A stretch of 64,000 nt of DNA from an uncultured Acidobacteriota bacterium (GCA_963809485.1 CAWEJX010000009.1:64001-128000); one strand, 5' to 3'. Shown: positions 1 to 9,570, counted from the stretch's first letter. Translations and numbers: made by a program. Notes: generated by a model from the sequence alone, not told the origin.

Positions 1-235
1 TCCCGACCGGGCAAAGATCGTTGCACGCCATGCAGGCAAAACAGCCGTACATCTGCTCAATGAGGTTCGGGCTGAGTTCCAGTTCACCTTCAAGGCCCTT
101 GCGGGTGAGCGCCACGCGGCCGCGCGGCGATGCGGTTTCCTTCAGATACTCGCGATAGGTCGGGCAGACCGCCAGGCACAATCCGCATCGAATACAACTG
201 TGATAAGAAGACTCCTCAGGCTTTTTCAGTTCCAA
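1..235 (-). CDS. GlcF-like (Fe-S)-binding oxidoreductase subunit, 5' part (continues beyond window start)
   Basis: Manual translation from TTG at 235 (GGAG RBS upstream) gives LELKKPEESSYHSCIRCGLCLAVCPTY...ASPRGR...CFACMACNDLCPVG. This has two CxxCxxCxxxCP ferredoxin motifs and the SPRGR motif typical of GlcF. Not in the ORF track. Confidence 0.8.
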   Translation of the reverse strand, partial: MELKKPEESSYHSCIRCGLCLAVCPTYREYLKETASPRGRVALTRKGLEGELELSPNLIEQMYGCFACMACNDLCPVG

Positions 236-251
236 AACCAAACTCCAATAA

Positions 252-312
252 GTTTCACATAACGAAACTCTGTTTCGTACAGCAGAATAGCTTGTTTTGT
301 CCGAGTTGTCAA
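252..312 (-). promoter_or_regulatory. sigma70 promoter with tandem IclR-type operator
   Basis: On the minus strand, TTGACA (307-312), 17 nt, TATTCT (284-289). It overlaps GTTTCACATAACGAAAC and GTTTCGTACAGCAGAAT, and a near-identical block occurs at 3973-4033. Confidence 0.65.
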
Positions 313-505
313 TCCGGGCAACTGCGAAAATAGTCTGCAATTGCTTGAATATTGCGATTTAATTGAAATAGAATAGGAATGCGTAAGGGCAATTTTTGAA
401 ACTCATTTCCATAGGTTGGAACCGGCAAGAAATCAGTGCATTTAGAGTGCTTTTCGCGAAGCCATAAGAAGGTTCTGGAGAGTCTGACTGGAACGAAGGA
501 GGAGT

Positions 506-1588
506 ATGAGCAGAGGCCTTGTCAAGTACGAAGAGCTGTTGTCCTACACCAAGAGGATCCTGAAAAAGCTGGGATATCCCGACAAGCAGGCGGACGTTAC
601 TGCGTGGATTCTTGCGGAGGCGGATGCGCGCGGCGTTAATTCCCACGGAGTCGGGCGGCTGGAATTCTATGAGTCCAATATCAAGAGTGGCTTCAACTTC
701 CCGGAGGTGGAACCTGAGATTGTCCACGAAACGCCTCTGTCTCTAGTCGTCGATGGACACAATGGCGTCGGCTCATATATCGCTCAATTCACCATGGAGC
801 GTGTCGTCGAAAAAGCGAAGAAATCGGGAGCCGGTTTCGGTGCGGTCCGCAACTCCAACCATTTTGGAATGGCGGCGCTCTGGGCGGAAATGGCGCTGGC
901 GGAAGGTTTCATAGGAATGTCTTTCTGCAACACGCGCATATGCTCCATTGTCACCTATGGGAAGGACCGCATTCTGGGCACGAATCCTTTGTGCTTCGCT
1001 TTCCCGTCCTCGGGCAAGGTCCCCTTTGTACTGGATATGGCAACGACCACGGTCGCCCATGGAAAGATCGAAGTCTATGAGCGCCTCAATAAAGCCATGC
1101 CGCTCGGCTGGGTGGTCGACGAGAACGGGATGGACACCACGGATGTGCATGCCTTCCAGAAAATTTATCGCGAGAAGAAAACCGGCGGGCATCTGTTCCT
1201 GGGCGGTGCCGGCGAAGAGCTCGGCGGGCACAAGGGCTACGGGCTCGGACTGTTCGTGGATATCCTGTGCGCCGGGATGTCGATGGGAGCCTGGAGCCGC
1301 GACACTTTCGTTAAAAACGGCGGCGCCAGAGTCGCGCACTTCTTCGGGGCCATGCGCACCGACCTTTTCGGGAAACCGTCGGAAATCGAGGCCCATGTCG
1401 AATCGATCCTGCAGGGAGTGCGTGAAAGCGCCAAAGCGGAAGACCACGACAGGATTTACATCCACGGGGAAAAAGAGATCGAGAGGCGGGCAAAGTCCAT
1501 GAAGGAAGGAGTCCTGCTGGACGACGGCGAATGGAAGATGCTCGACGAGTACGCCGAAAAGTTCGGCCTCGAAAAACTGTGTCCCTAG
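506..1588 (+). CDS. Ldh_2 (malate/L-lactate/ureidoglycolate dehydrogenase, AllD/ComC-like) family oxidoreductase
   Basis: Motifs ADARGVNSHG, VRNSNHFG, GTNPLCF, LDMATT and GHKGYGL; AGGAGGAG RBS. Confidence 0.9.
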   Translation: MSRGLVKYEELLSYTKRILKKLGYPDKQADVTAWILAEADARGVNSHGVGRLEFYESNIKSGFNFPEVEPEIVHETPLSLVVDGHNGVGSYIAQFTMERVVEKAKKSGAGFGAVRNSNHFGMAALWAEMALAEGFIGMSFCNTRICSIVTYGKDRILGTNPLCFAFPSSGKVPFVLDMATTTVAHGKIEVYERLNKAMPLGWVVDENGMDTTDVHAFQKIYREKKTGGHLFLGGAGEELGGHKGYGLGLFVDILCAGMSMGAWSRDTFVKNGGARVAHFFGAMRTDLFGKPSEIEAHVESILQGVRESAKAEDHDRIYIHGEKEIERRAKSMKEGVLLDDGEWKMLDEYAEKFGLEKLCP

Positions 1589-1614
1589 CGATACCGGGGT
1601 TTTGGGTTCTCAAG

Positions 1615-1652
1615 GGTTGAGCGTTGAACGTTCGAACGTTCAACGTTCAACC
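1615..1652. repeat. 38-bp near-perfect palindrome of heptamer units between convergent genes (possible bidirectional terminator or REP-like element)
   Basis: GGTTGAGCGTTGAACGTTC/GAACGTTCAACGTTCAACC, one mismatch. Confidence 0.6.
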
Positions 1653-1655
1653 TGA

Positions 1656-2642
1656 TTATCCCCATCTCCGCGCATCCAGTATTGCCTTTACGATGCCGTC
1701 TTCGTGACGTTCGAACATCTCAAAAGCTTTTGCCGCTTCCCGGATGGGCAGCCGGTGAGTCACAAGCCTCGACAGCTCTTCCGCATTCTCCAGGAAAAGG
1801 TCGCGCGCTCTTTCAAGATAGACTTTCCAGTCCGGGGTGACGGTCGCCATGAGCTGTGCGTTTTTGCGGAAAAAGACCTCATATTCCAGGGCATACACAT
1901 CCTGGTCGGGGACTCCAAAAGCGACTACGGTTCCGTATTTTCCCACCAGCATGAGGCAGTCGTTGACCGTCTCCATTTGATGCCCTGCAGCCTCGATGCA
2001 GATGTCCGGGAAGATCCACTGGTCCGGATTCAGCCGCGCCTCGTGGACCATTTCAATTCCGCGCCTGCAGAGCGTCCGCGCCGCGCCCAGGGATTCGGCC
2101 ATACGGCAGCGTCCCGGCACAGGATCGATGCCGACTACGGGGCTGGCGCCCGCCCGCCTCAGCAGCCAGCAGAACAGCAATCCTATGGAACCCAATCCGA
2201 GCACCGCAACCGGTCTTGCCCGCAGGTCCCCCAGACGGTCCACGGCGTTCATGACGGTCGAGAGCGGCTGCATGATGCAGGCCGCGCCCGGATCCCCGAT
2301 ATCGGCGCCGAGTGCCGTAGTCCTGGAGATGCGGGCGAGGAAATATTCCGCGAGTCCCTGGTCTCCGTCCGGTATGGCAAGAACCCTGTCTCCGGCTTGA
2401 AAAAGGTCCGAAGCGCTTTCCACCACTTCGCCGACGCATTCATGGATCGGGGCTCCGGGAGCCAGAGGATAGGATTTGAGGCGTTTGCTGCCGGTGAAAA
2501 ACGGGATATCGCTGCCGCACATCGATACAAAGGCAGTCCGCACCAGGATGCAGTCGTGCGCGCCGGACGGCAGCTTGGGGATGGGGACTTCTATCAAATC
2601 AAACGACCGGGGATGCGTGACCTGCAAAGCTTTCATGCGCAT
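1656..2642 (-). CDS. Zn-dependent medium-chain dehydrogenase (sorbitol/threonine dehydrogenase-like)
   Basis: CGSD, IHECVG (GHE-type) and GLGSIG Rossmann motifs, C-terminal VTHRLP...KAIL. The structural Zn Cys lobe is absent. Confidence 0.85.
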   Translation of the reverse strand: MRMKALQVTHPRSFDLIEVPIPKLPSGAHDCILVRTAFVSMCGSDIPFFTGSKRLKSYPLAPGAPIHECVGEVVESASDLFQAGDRVLAIPDGDQGLAEYFLARISRTTALGADIGDPGAACIMQPLSTVMNAVDRLGDLRARPVAVLGLGSIGLLFCWLLRRAGASPVVGIDPVPGRCRMAESLGAARTLCRRGIEMVHEARLNPDQWIFPDICIEAAGHQMETVNDCLMLVGKYGTVVAFGVPDQDVYALEYEVFFRKNAQLMATVTPDWKVYLERARDLFLENAEELSRLVTHRLPIREAAKAFEMFERHEDGIVKAILDARRWG

Positions 2643-2644
2643 GG

Positions 2645-3934
2645 CTATTTCCCCTGGACGACAGGCAGAGTCAAAAGCGCGTGCGGCACGATGAGAACAT
2701 CACAGGACGCTCCCACTTTTGCAGCCGCCATCCGGACAGCTTCGTCCATGGTCGCGGCAGGAGTCATTTTGCATGCGGCGACGATCTCGGGGCAATCGCT
2801 TCCCACGATAATTACGTGGGACTTTTCCAGGACTTTCGCCATCACGAATGCCCGCTGCTGCCCCGGCGGGAATCCGTTCCGGCGCCCGTCATCCAGGATG
2901 AAGGGAATGTCCGGAGCATCCCGCATCGCCGACAGGAAACGCTGTTCGCCCACGCCGCTGCCCGCTCCCTCTTCACAACGGGCCGGAATAATAAAAAAGC
3001 CGCCGGGCCGCACGACGCACGTCGGGGCGAAAAAAAGATAGGAAGGCGCGCGGCTTGCCTGGTACAGGTTGCAGTCCTTGGGAAATCCCACTCCGCCGAT
3101 TGCAATATCGTATTGATGGGGGATCGGAACTTCATACACCGAGCGCGCAAATGCGACCAGGTCCTGGAATGCCTCCTCGGGATGCCCCGCCGTCACGCGC
3201 AGCAGGCGCTTATCCTCATCAAGGACCACATTGAGGATAAAACGGAGGCCCTCGCGCCGCGCCGCTTCCGTGACGGCCTCGTGAAATGGATTCCCCTCGA
3301 TCTGTCCCAGACGCGTGCCCGGGTGATCCACGAAAGCAGGGCCGTGAGTGTGGGCAATCAGCGCTTCGCCCGCGGCTCCGACCGCCAGGGTCTTCCGTCC
3401 CCCCGAATAGCCGCCGTACTGATGGGGCTCGACGATGCCGGTGGCAATGACCAGGTCGGATTCGACAACTGCCCTGTGCGCAGAAACGGGAACACCGCCC
3501 TCGGTGATCCCGAGGTCGACAAGAGCGGCCGTGTTCTGGGGCTCATTGTCGATGACCCGGAAGCGGGCCACGATATCAGCACCAAGCTTTGCGACCTTCT
3601 CTTCATGGGTTGAAGGCCGGTGCATGCCGATGCCGCACAACAGGGTGATATCTTCGTCGCGCACGCCGGCCTGCTCCAACTCCGACAGCAGGGGAGGCAC
3701 GAGCAGCTGGTCCGGGCAGGAGCGCGTGATGTCCGTAAAAACGATACAGGCGCGCATGCCCGGACGCGCCATCTCGCTGAGAGGCGGCGTACCGAGCGGA
3801 TGAGCCAGGGCAGCCGCCACCGCTGCCTTTTCATCCCCAACAGGGCGGAATGGCTTCGAAACCGCCTGAGTAACTCTCATCGCAGGCGGGAGGGAGAATT
3901 GAATTGTCCCTTTACCATAAGGCACTGTGTACAT
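2645..3934 (-). CDS. larA: LarA-family nickel-pincer-dependent alpha-hydroxy acid racemase/epimerase
   Basis: Motifs DITR, GMHRP, EPHQYGGYSGGRK (cofactor-linked Lys), NPFH, NLYQA and CEEGAG. Confidence 0.85.
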   Translation of the reverse strand: MYTVPYGKGTIQFSLPPAMRVTQAVSKPFRPVGDEKAAVAAALAHPLGTPPLSEMARPGMRACIVFTDITRSCPDQLLVPPLLSELEQAGVRDEDITLLCGIGMHRPSTHEEKVAKLGADIVARFRVIDNEPQNTAALVDLGITEGGVPVSAHRAVVESDLVIATGIVEPHQYGGYSGGRKTLAVGAAGEALIAHTHGPAFVDHPGTRLGQIEGNPFHEAVTEAARREGLRFILNVVLDEDKRLLRVTAGHPEEAFQDLVAFARSVYEVPIPHQYDIAIGGVGFPKDCNLYQASRAPSYLFFAPTCVVRPGGFFIIPARCEEGAGSGVGEQRFLSAMRDAPDIPFILDDGRRNGFPPGQQRAFVMAKVLEKSHVIIVGSDCPEIVAACKMTPAATMDEAVRMAAAKVGASCDVLIVPHALLTLPVVQGK

Positions 3935-3972
3935 TTAAAGCTCCTTTTATTTATGAGCGGCAGTCGGTCACA

Positions 3973-4033
3973 GTTCCATGATACGAAATCTGATTCCGCA
4001 CAGCAGAATAGATCCCATTTTCACGCTTGTCAA
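3973..4033 (-). promoter_or_regulatory. sigma70 promoter with tandem IclR-type operator for larA-adh
   Basis: On the minus strand, TTGACA (4028-4033), 17 nt, TATTCT (4005-4010). Operator GTTCCATGATACGAAATCTGATTCCGCACAGCAGAATA. Confidence 0.65.
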
Positions 4034-4121
4034 GCCTCTCTCCGCCAATCCAATCATGCCTTAAAATTCTTGGATTCACAACACTTCGGCCGCCGCAAAA
4101 CTGCAACCGGATGCTTCTAAT

Positions 4122-4198
4122 TATTCCGATCTACGAAAATCATTGACATAGAGTGGAATCTGAATTACTATGAAACACGATTCCGCATAATGGAACAA
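4122..4198 (+). promoter_or_regulatory. sigma70 promoter with IclR-type operators for the cupin/U32-like/iolN operon
   Basis: TTGACA (4143-4148), 17 nt, TACTAT (4166-4171), flanked by TTCCGATCTACGAAA and TTCCGCATAATGGAA. Confidence 0.65.
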
Positions 4199-4213
4199 AT
4201 TGGAGGGTTTCTG

Positions 4214-4576
4214 ATGAGCAAAGTGCCATTTGTCAGGGCAGCCGATGTGGAAGGCGAGTTTCGGACTCCGCCTCGGACATCAAAACTTTTGCTGGCTCCC
4301 AAGTTCGGTGGAGTCACCAACGTCTCAATGGGCATGAACATCACTGAGGTCGGAAGCATGATCCCCGACCATGCCCACGACAAATCCGAAGAGGTTTTGT
4401 TTTTAATCAGCGGGCGTGCGCGGATTGTTATTGAGGGAGAGGGCTCATGGGAAATCGGCCCGGAGACCGCCTTCTACTCGCCGCTCGGAAAGAAACACAG
4501 GGTGGAAAACATCGGCGATGAACCGCTCAGGATCGTCTGGTGTTACTGCCCACCGTTGCCGTCTCATTGCAGCTAA
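4214..4576 (+). CDS. cupin domain protein
   Basis: PDHAHDKSEEVLFLISG and KHRVENIGDEPL cupin motifs. Start chosen after the GGAGG RBS. Confidence 0.85.
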   Translation: MSKVPFVRAADVEGEFRTPPRTSKLLLAPKFGGVTNVSMGMNITEVGSMIPDHAHDKSEEVLFLISGRARIVIEGEGSWEIGPETAFYSPLGKKHRVENIGDEPLRIVWCYCPPLPSHCS

Positions 4577-4606
4577 TTTCTGTAATTTTCCAAGGAGATG
4601 TTTGCC

Positions 4607-5524
4607 ATGATTTTTGATGCAACACGCAAGGCCATGAAAAGGCTTGGGCTCCCGGAAGGCGACGCCTTCGACATGCCCACTTCAACCAAAAGATTCCCCG
4701 ACGGTGCAGCCTTCCGCATTGAATGCCCGACGGTCAATTCTGCGGAAACCGTTGCCGCCCTTCTGGACACCGCCACGAAGACCGGAGTCACCATCAACCG
4801 CATCACCGAAACCTTCGGCATGTTCCGCCACACAGCCGCCGAGATCAAGCAGTACTGCAAACTATGCAATGAGTATGGCTGCGAGCTTCTGCTCTCTACC
4901 GGTCCGCGCGCTACCTATGATACCGGCGCAACGGTTCTGTCTCCCCAGGGCGTAAGAGTCAGCTATCGTCTTCGCGGCATGGAACAACTCCTGCGCGCCA
5001 TCGAAGACATCAAGCGCGGATATGAGCTCGGTTGCCGTGGTTTCCTGATCTATGACGAAGGCATGCTATGGGTGTGCAACGAGATGCGCAAGAATGGCGA
5101 CCTCCCGAAAGAGATCGTTTTCAAGGTCTCCGCTCATCTAGGCCACTGCAACCCCGCTTCCATCAAGCTCCTGGCCGACCTCGGCGCCGACAGCATCAAC
5201 CCGATCCGCGATCTGCAGATCCCGATGCATGCAGCCCTGCGCCAGACGATCGACACGCCACTGGATGTCCACACCGACAATCCTCCGGGATCCGGCGGAT
5301 TCATCCGCGTGTACGAAGCTCCCGAGATCGTTCGTGTGGCAGCTCCTGTGCACTGCAAGACCGGCAACTCCGTCATCGGCGGCCATGGCGAAATGACCAC
5401 TGCTGCCGAGGGAAAGAGAATGGCGGAACAGGCAACCATCGTTGTCGAAATGATCAACAGATTCGCTCCGGAATTGAAGCAGTCCGGCAAGCGTACCAAA
5501 GACATGCGTATCCCTGTTGTCTAA
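4607..5524 (+). CDS. U32-peptidase-like TIM-barrel protein of unknown function
   Basis: GLPEGDAFDMPTSTKRFPDGAAFRIECP, DEGML, LGADSIN and PLDVH resemble proteins usually labelled 'U32 family peptidase'. Function not assignable. Confidence 0.55.
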   Translation: MIFDATRKAMKRLGLPEGDAFDMPTSTKRFPDGAAFRIECPTVNSAETVAALLDTATKTGVTINRITETFGMFRHTAAEIKQYCKLCNEYGCELLLSTGPRATYDTGATVLSPQGVRVSYRLRGMEQLLRAIEDIKRGYELGCRGFLIYDEGMLWVCNEMRKNGDLPKEIVFKVSAHLGHCNPASIKLLADLGADSINPIRDLQIPMHAALRQTIDTPLDVHTDNPPGSGGFIRVYEAPEIVRVAAPVHCKTGNSVIGGHGEMTTAAEGKRMAEQATIVVEMINRFAPELKQSGKRTKDMRIPVV

Positions 5525-5573
5525 ATCCGAAATTTCTTCCGCGGGCAAAATTCCCCGCAGTTGAGGAGGAATC

Positions 5574-6536
5574 ATGGGAAATTGGGAACTGCCGCCGAAG
5601 GGTGGACTCATGGAGACCCCCGGCGTGTATCTCCAGACCATGAACATGACGCAAATCAATGAGCGGCTCAAGAAAAACGACCTGATCCTTATCCCGGTCG
5701 GAAGCACGGAGTGTCACGGGGCCGCTCAGCCTCTGGGCGAGGACACCTTTCTTGTAACACGCATGGCCGAACAGGTCGCGCAAAAGATGGGGTGCACGAT
5801 TGCCATGCCGGTTTGGTACGGTTCGCATCCGTATAACCATCTGGGCATGCCGGGAACAGTCGTGGTCCCGGAAGAGACATTTCTGGCCAATCTGCGAGCC
5901 ATCATTGCTGGCTTGTGGAATATGGGCTTCCGCAAGCAGATTTTCCTGAACGGCCATGGCCAGGAAGAAGTCATCCCCCTCGCGCTTCACCAGTGGGCAA
6001 AGAAGTACCAGGTGCCGTGCATGCTGATTTCGCTGCACTGGCCGACAGTGATTCACGACTATCTCAAGGACAAGGCTCACGGAGGCATATTCGATACGCG
6101 GTTCCAGCATGCGGACGAAGCGGAAGCCTCCTATTCTCTGGCGCTTTTCCCCGAATTCTGTGACATGAAGCTGGCTGTGGACAACAAGCCGGAGGGTTTC
6201 CTCCCTCCGGGTCACGTGGACGGGGGGGGAGAGGTGTATCATTCCCCGATCAAAGGGCATGAACATGTTGGATTGAGCGGCACAGAGGTCCTGGTCTATC
6301 CCGAAGGCGTGATCGGGAGTCCGACGCGCGCCAGCGCGGAAAAGGCTGTGAAGGGCCTGGACGTGCTGCTTGATTATATGTGCAAGCTGATCGACGACAT
6401 CATGACGCGCTTCCCTGCCGGGCAGCTTCCGCCGGCTTCGAAGACAACCATGCGCGATCCCGCAGAGATCGAAGCGCTGCTGAAGGGCCCCTTGAAGGGC
6501 GGCAAGCATCTGTACACGATCGCATACCCACCCTAA
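5574..6536 (+). CDS. iolN: creatininase-family hydrolase, IolN-like (3-dehydro-scyllo-inosose hydrolase-like)
   Basis: Metal-binding motifs PVGSTECHG, GEDT, NGHGQ and HADEAE. The N-terminus (WELPPKGG) and C-terminus (LYTIAYPP) resemble IolN as I recall it. Confidence 0.65.
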   Translation: MGNWELPPKGGLMETPGVYLQTMNMTQINERLKKNDLILIPVGSTECHGAAQPLGEDTFLVTRMAEQVAQKMGCTIAMPVWYGSHPYNHLGMPGTVVVPEETFLANLRAIIAGLWNMGFRKQIFLNGHGQEEVIPLALHQWAKKYQVPCMLISLHWPTVIHDYLKDKAHGGIFDTRFQHADEAEASYSLALFPEFCDMKLAVDNKPEGFLPPGHVDGGGEVYHSPIKGHEHVGLSGTEVLVYPEGVIGSPTRASAEKAVKGLDVLLDYMCKLIDDIMTRFPAGQLPPASKTTMRDPAEIEALLKGPLKGGKHLYTIAYPP

Positions 6537-6559
6537 AAGTCCTTAATTGTCAAACCCAG

Positions 6560-6601
6560 CAGGGGGGAGCCGTTTCCATGCGATCGGCGCCCCCCCTTTT
6601 T
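6560..6601 (+). terminator. putative intrinsic terminator
   Basis: AGGGGGGAGCCG...CGGCGCCCCCCCTTTTT hairpin after iolN. Confidence 0.55.
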
Positions 6602-6661
6602 AAAAGCGGGATTCGTCAGGACGGCTGTAATTTAGCCATCCACCCTAAGGGAGGATCTGCA

Positions 6662-7447
6662 TTGTCTCAATCCGTACGCGCCGTCGAGAGGGCACTGGAT
6701 ATCCTGCTGTGTTTCACCCATGAAGAGCCCACCCGCTCACTGACGCAGATCGCCGAATCCATCCACATGTCCAAGACGACGGTACACCGTCTGCTGGCGA
6801 CGCTTGAAAACAAGCGTTTCATCACCCGGGACAAAGCCACAGGCCTCTACCGCCTCGGTTTCCGCTTCATCGAAATGGCATCGCTCGTCCTGCAGGACGT
6901 CGATCTTCACCGCTGGGCCAAACCTTACCTGCAGCGTCTTTCGGCGGAGTATGGCGAGACGGTCGACCTGTCGATCCTGGACGGGGCCCATGTCATCTAT
7001 CTCGATGTCATCGAAAGTCCGCAGCGCGTCAAGCTGGCGGCTGCAGTCGGACAGAGGCTGCCTGCGCTCTACACAGCCTCGGGCAAGGCCCTGCTGGCAT
7101 ATCTGCCGGAAGATCTGGCCAAAAAGATAATCGCCGAGAATCTGTCGGAAGCCTCCAAAAACACCCCGATTTCGGAAATATTGGCTGATCTGCGCACAAC
7201 CGCCGAACGGGGCTATTCGATAGCGGAACAGGAATATGAGGACGCCATCAACGCCGTAGCCGCGCCCATTTTTGGAGAGGAGAGACAGCCGCTCGCCTCG
7301 ATCGCCATCGTCGGTCCGTCGTTCCGGCTCACCCGGGACCGTCTCCCGGCGATGGGAGAATCGCTCCGACAGATGACCCAGACGATCTCCAGCGAAATCG
7401 GGCTCGTGGCCCTATCCGCAATCGTCAGCAAAACACATACCCGCTAA
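6662..7447 (+). CDS. IclR family transcriptional regulator
   Basis: SVRAVERALDIL, HTH SKTTVHRLLATL, TASGKALLA and AVAAPIF. TTG start after GGAGG. Confidence 0.92.
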   Translation: MSQSVRAVERALDILLCFTHEEPTRSLTQIAESIHMSKTTVHRLLATLENKRFITRDKATGLYRLGFRFIEMASLVLQDVDLHRWAKPYLQRLSAEYGETVDLSILDGAHVIYLDVIESPQRVKLAAAVGQRLPALYTASGKALLAYLPEDLAKKIIAENLSEASKNTPISEILADLRTTAERGYSIAEQEYEDAINAVAAPIFGEERQPLASIAIVGPSFRLTRDRLPAMGESLRQMTQTISSEIGLVALSAIVSKTHTR

Positions 7448-7470
7448 GGGACAGTTCCCGGACTTCCCGG

Positions 7471-7530
7471 AAAAAAAATGCCACGGATACACCGGTTCAG
7501 GAACCGGTGTATCCGTGGCGTCTTTATTTT
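7471..7530. terminator. bidirectional intrinsic terminator
   Basis: Perfect inverted repeat GCCACGGATACACCGGTTC-AG-GAACCGGTGTATCCGTGGC, flanked by A and T tracts, between convergent genes. Confidence 0.8.
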
Positions 7531-7544
7531 GATGCCATACGAAA

Positions 7545-7769
7545 TTAGCCGCCGGAAACGTAGGGGAAAAAGCATAGCCTGGAGTCAACCTGCACGGGAT
7601 CATCCAGTTCGCTTTGCACGTTGTCCACGGTGACCAGGCCAATTTCCTCAGGGTCCAGCCCAAGAGCGTTCGCGATATCGCGGACTGCGGCTCTGCCTTG
7701 TATTTCGAAGGTCAGCCTCCGGGGCTTGCCCGGAAGCAGCTGGCCGAAAATTTCGATATCGACTGCCAA
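7545..7769 (-). CDS. MoaD/ThiS family sulfur carrier
   Basis: 74 aa with C-terminal FPYVSGG, directly downstream of the AOR gene. Confidence 0.85.
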   Translation of the reverse strand: MAVDIEIFGQLLPGKPRRLTFEIQGRAAVRDIANALGLDPEEIGLVTVDNVQSELDDPVQVDSRLCFFPYVSGG

Positions 7770-7777
7770 GGGTGCTC

Positions 7778-9490
7778 CTATAGGGTATCGAAAATCGAGT
7801 CCAGATCGGAATCCGGCACGTCAAAGACCGCGTTATGGGGCGGCAAAGGTTCTTCGCGCATGTACTCGGGAATTCTGTAATCGGCCTGGGTGATGCCTGC
7901 CCTGCGGTTGAATTCGAGTTCGGTGCGAAGCACATCGCGGTTAAATTTATCGTAATCCTCCAGTTTCCATCCCCAGCCGTAAATCCCGTTGATCATATCG
8001 ATCATGAGCTGAGGGTTGGCGATGATGGGAGGACGGGCGAAAAGGCACAGCCCCGTGCTGTCGAGCATCGCGGCGATGATCTGCAACCGCAGCGACAGCG
8101 CTTTCTGCCCCTCGACACCGAGCGGATTGACTTCTTTGCGCGCGCCGAAGGCGTTCCCTGCCGTGTGATCGGCTCCCTGTGGCGAAGTGGCATAGGTGAC
8201 GCCGTTGCCTTTGAGGGTGCGCGGATCATAGCCCGGCATTGCCTGTCCGAGCGCGGTAGGAACGCGCCGTATGCCCAGCACACGCCCCGTCGTCACGGCG
8301 CCGCATCCGATCATGCGCCCGATGACGGTCCCTTCGCCCACCTGTTTCAATAGTCCTATGATTCCGTCGAAATCGCCGAACTTCGCCAGGCCGGCTTCGA
8401 TCGCCACTCCCAGCGCCGCCCCGGTCTCGATTGTGTCGAGGCCGAAATCGTTGCACATGTAGTTGATCGCAGCGACATCGTCGAGCTTTCCCAGTCCGAG
8501 GTTGGAACCGACAAGCGCGATGGTTTCATATTGAACCGTGCCGACAACCGGCTTTCCGGATTCATCGACGAAGAGATTCCGGCACGCGATCACGCAGCCC
8601 GGCATGCAGCGAGTCCCCACCTTGCCTTCACGCGCCAGCATCAGTTCGCGCAGTTTCTCGCCGCGCAAATCGGCCGACTGCTCGAAGGTCCCCTCCGAGA
8701 AATTTCGCGTTGGCAGCGATCCCATCTCGTTGACGGCGCCGACGATCGATGCCGTGCCGTACAGATGCTGCGATCCCTTGGTCCCCAGCTTTGGATCGGT
8801 AATCAGCTTCTGTGCAAAGGCCTTTGCCGCTGTGCGGAAAAGCTGTTCGTCGTGCATTTTGACCGCTCTGCCGAGCGGTTTGCGAATAACGACGGCTTTG
8901 AGCCCTTTGCTCCCCATCACCGCTCCGAGGCCTCCGCGCGCAGCGTGATTGCTTCGCTGATCGCGATCGCCCGTCGTTGCGATTCCTGCGCCCGTCATCA
9001 GCTGCTCTCCCGCCTTCCCAATGCTCAGGACGGAGGAATCGGCGCCGAAACGCTCCTGGAGGCGGTCTCCCGTTGCGTAGGTGCCCAATCCCACCAGGTC
9101 ATCGGCAGGAATCAGTCCGGCTGAGTCCCCGTCAATCACGAGCACGTGAAATTGTTTCGGCTTCCCCTGATCCTCAATGACGACCGCCTTAATCGCCAGT
9201 TTACCGAGCGCATCGCCGGCAGTGCCTCCTGCATTGGCTTCCTTGGCACCGCGAGTCAAAGGGCTTTTAGCCCCCACCGACAGCCTGCCGGCAGTTGCAA
9301 CGGCAGCTCCTCCGAGCAATCCGGGCGTAAAAATCAGTTTGTTGTGCGGTCCAAGCGCATCGCAGGCTGGCGGAATTTCGTGGAGCAGGAGCCTGGCGAT
9401 GAGAGCTCTGCCTCCAAGTTGTTCATATTCCTCGGGAACGGGTTCCCATCGAACTGCAGACTCCTTTACGTTGACGCGCAATATTTTCAC
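7778..9490 (-). CDS. aor: tungsten/molybdopterin aldehyde:ferredoxin oxidoreductase (AOR family)
   Basis: Motifs KSPLT...EANAGG, AARGGLGAVMGSKGLKA, CMPGCVIAC, GLDTIETG, PGYDPR and TSPQGADH. GTG start after AGGAGG. Confidence 0.9.
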   Translation of the reverse strand: MKILRVNVKESAVRWEPVPEEYEQLGGRALIARLLLHEIPPACDALGPHNKLIFTPGLLGGAAVATAGRLSVGAKSPLTRGAKEANAGGTAGDALGKLAIKAVVIEDQGKPKQFHVLVIDGDSAGLIPADDLVGLGTYATGDRLQERFGADSSVLSIGKAGEQLMTGAGIATTGDRDQRSNHAARGGLGAVMGSKGLKAVVIRKPLGRAVKMHDEQLFRTAAKAFAQKLITDPKLGTKGSQHLYGTASIVGAVNEMGSLPTRNFSEGTFEQSADLRGEKLRELMLAREGKVGTRCMPGCVIACRNLFVDESGKPVVGTVQYETIALVGSNLGLGKLDDVAAINYMCNDFGLDTIETGAALGVAIEAGLAKFGDFDGIIGLLKQVGEGTVIGRMIGCGAVTTGRVLGIRRVPTALGQAMPGYDPRTLKGNGVTYATSPQGADHTAGNAFGARKEVNPLGVEGQKALSLRLQIIAAMLDSTGLCLFARPPIIANPQLMIDMINGIYGWGWKLEDYDKFNRDVLRTELEFNRRAGITQADYRIPEYMREEPLPPHNAVFDVPDSDLDSIFDTL

Positions 9491-9520
9491 GGGCGACCTC
9501 CTAAAAAACATGCAAAAACC

Positions 9521-9570
9521 ATATTAATGCCGTTTCCGCCCTGCGTCAATGATTTTCATTCTGCGGAAAC
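9521..9570 (-). promoter_or_regulatory. sigma70 promoter with IclR-type operator for aor
   Basis: On the minus strand, TTGACG (9544-9549), 17 nt, TAATAT (9521-9526). Operators GTTTCCGCCCTGCG and TTTCATTCTGCGGAAAC. Confidence 0.55.

Noticed and set aside
1704-3613. Long plus-strand ORFs (445 and 310 aa)
   Set aside because: Antisense shadows of the dehydrogenase and larA genes in GC-rich DNA.
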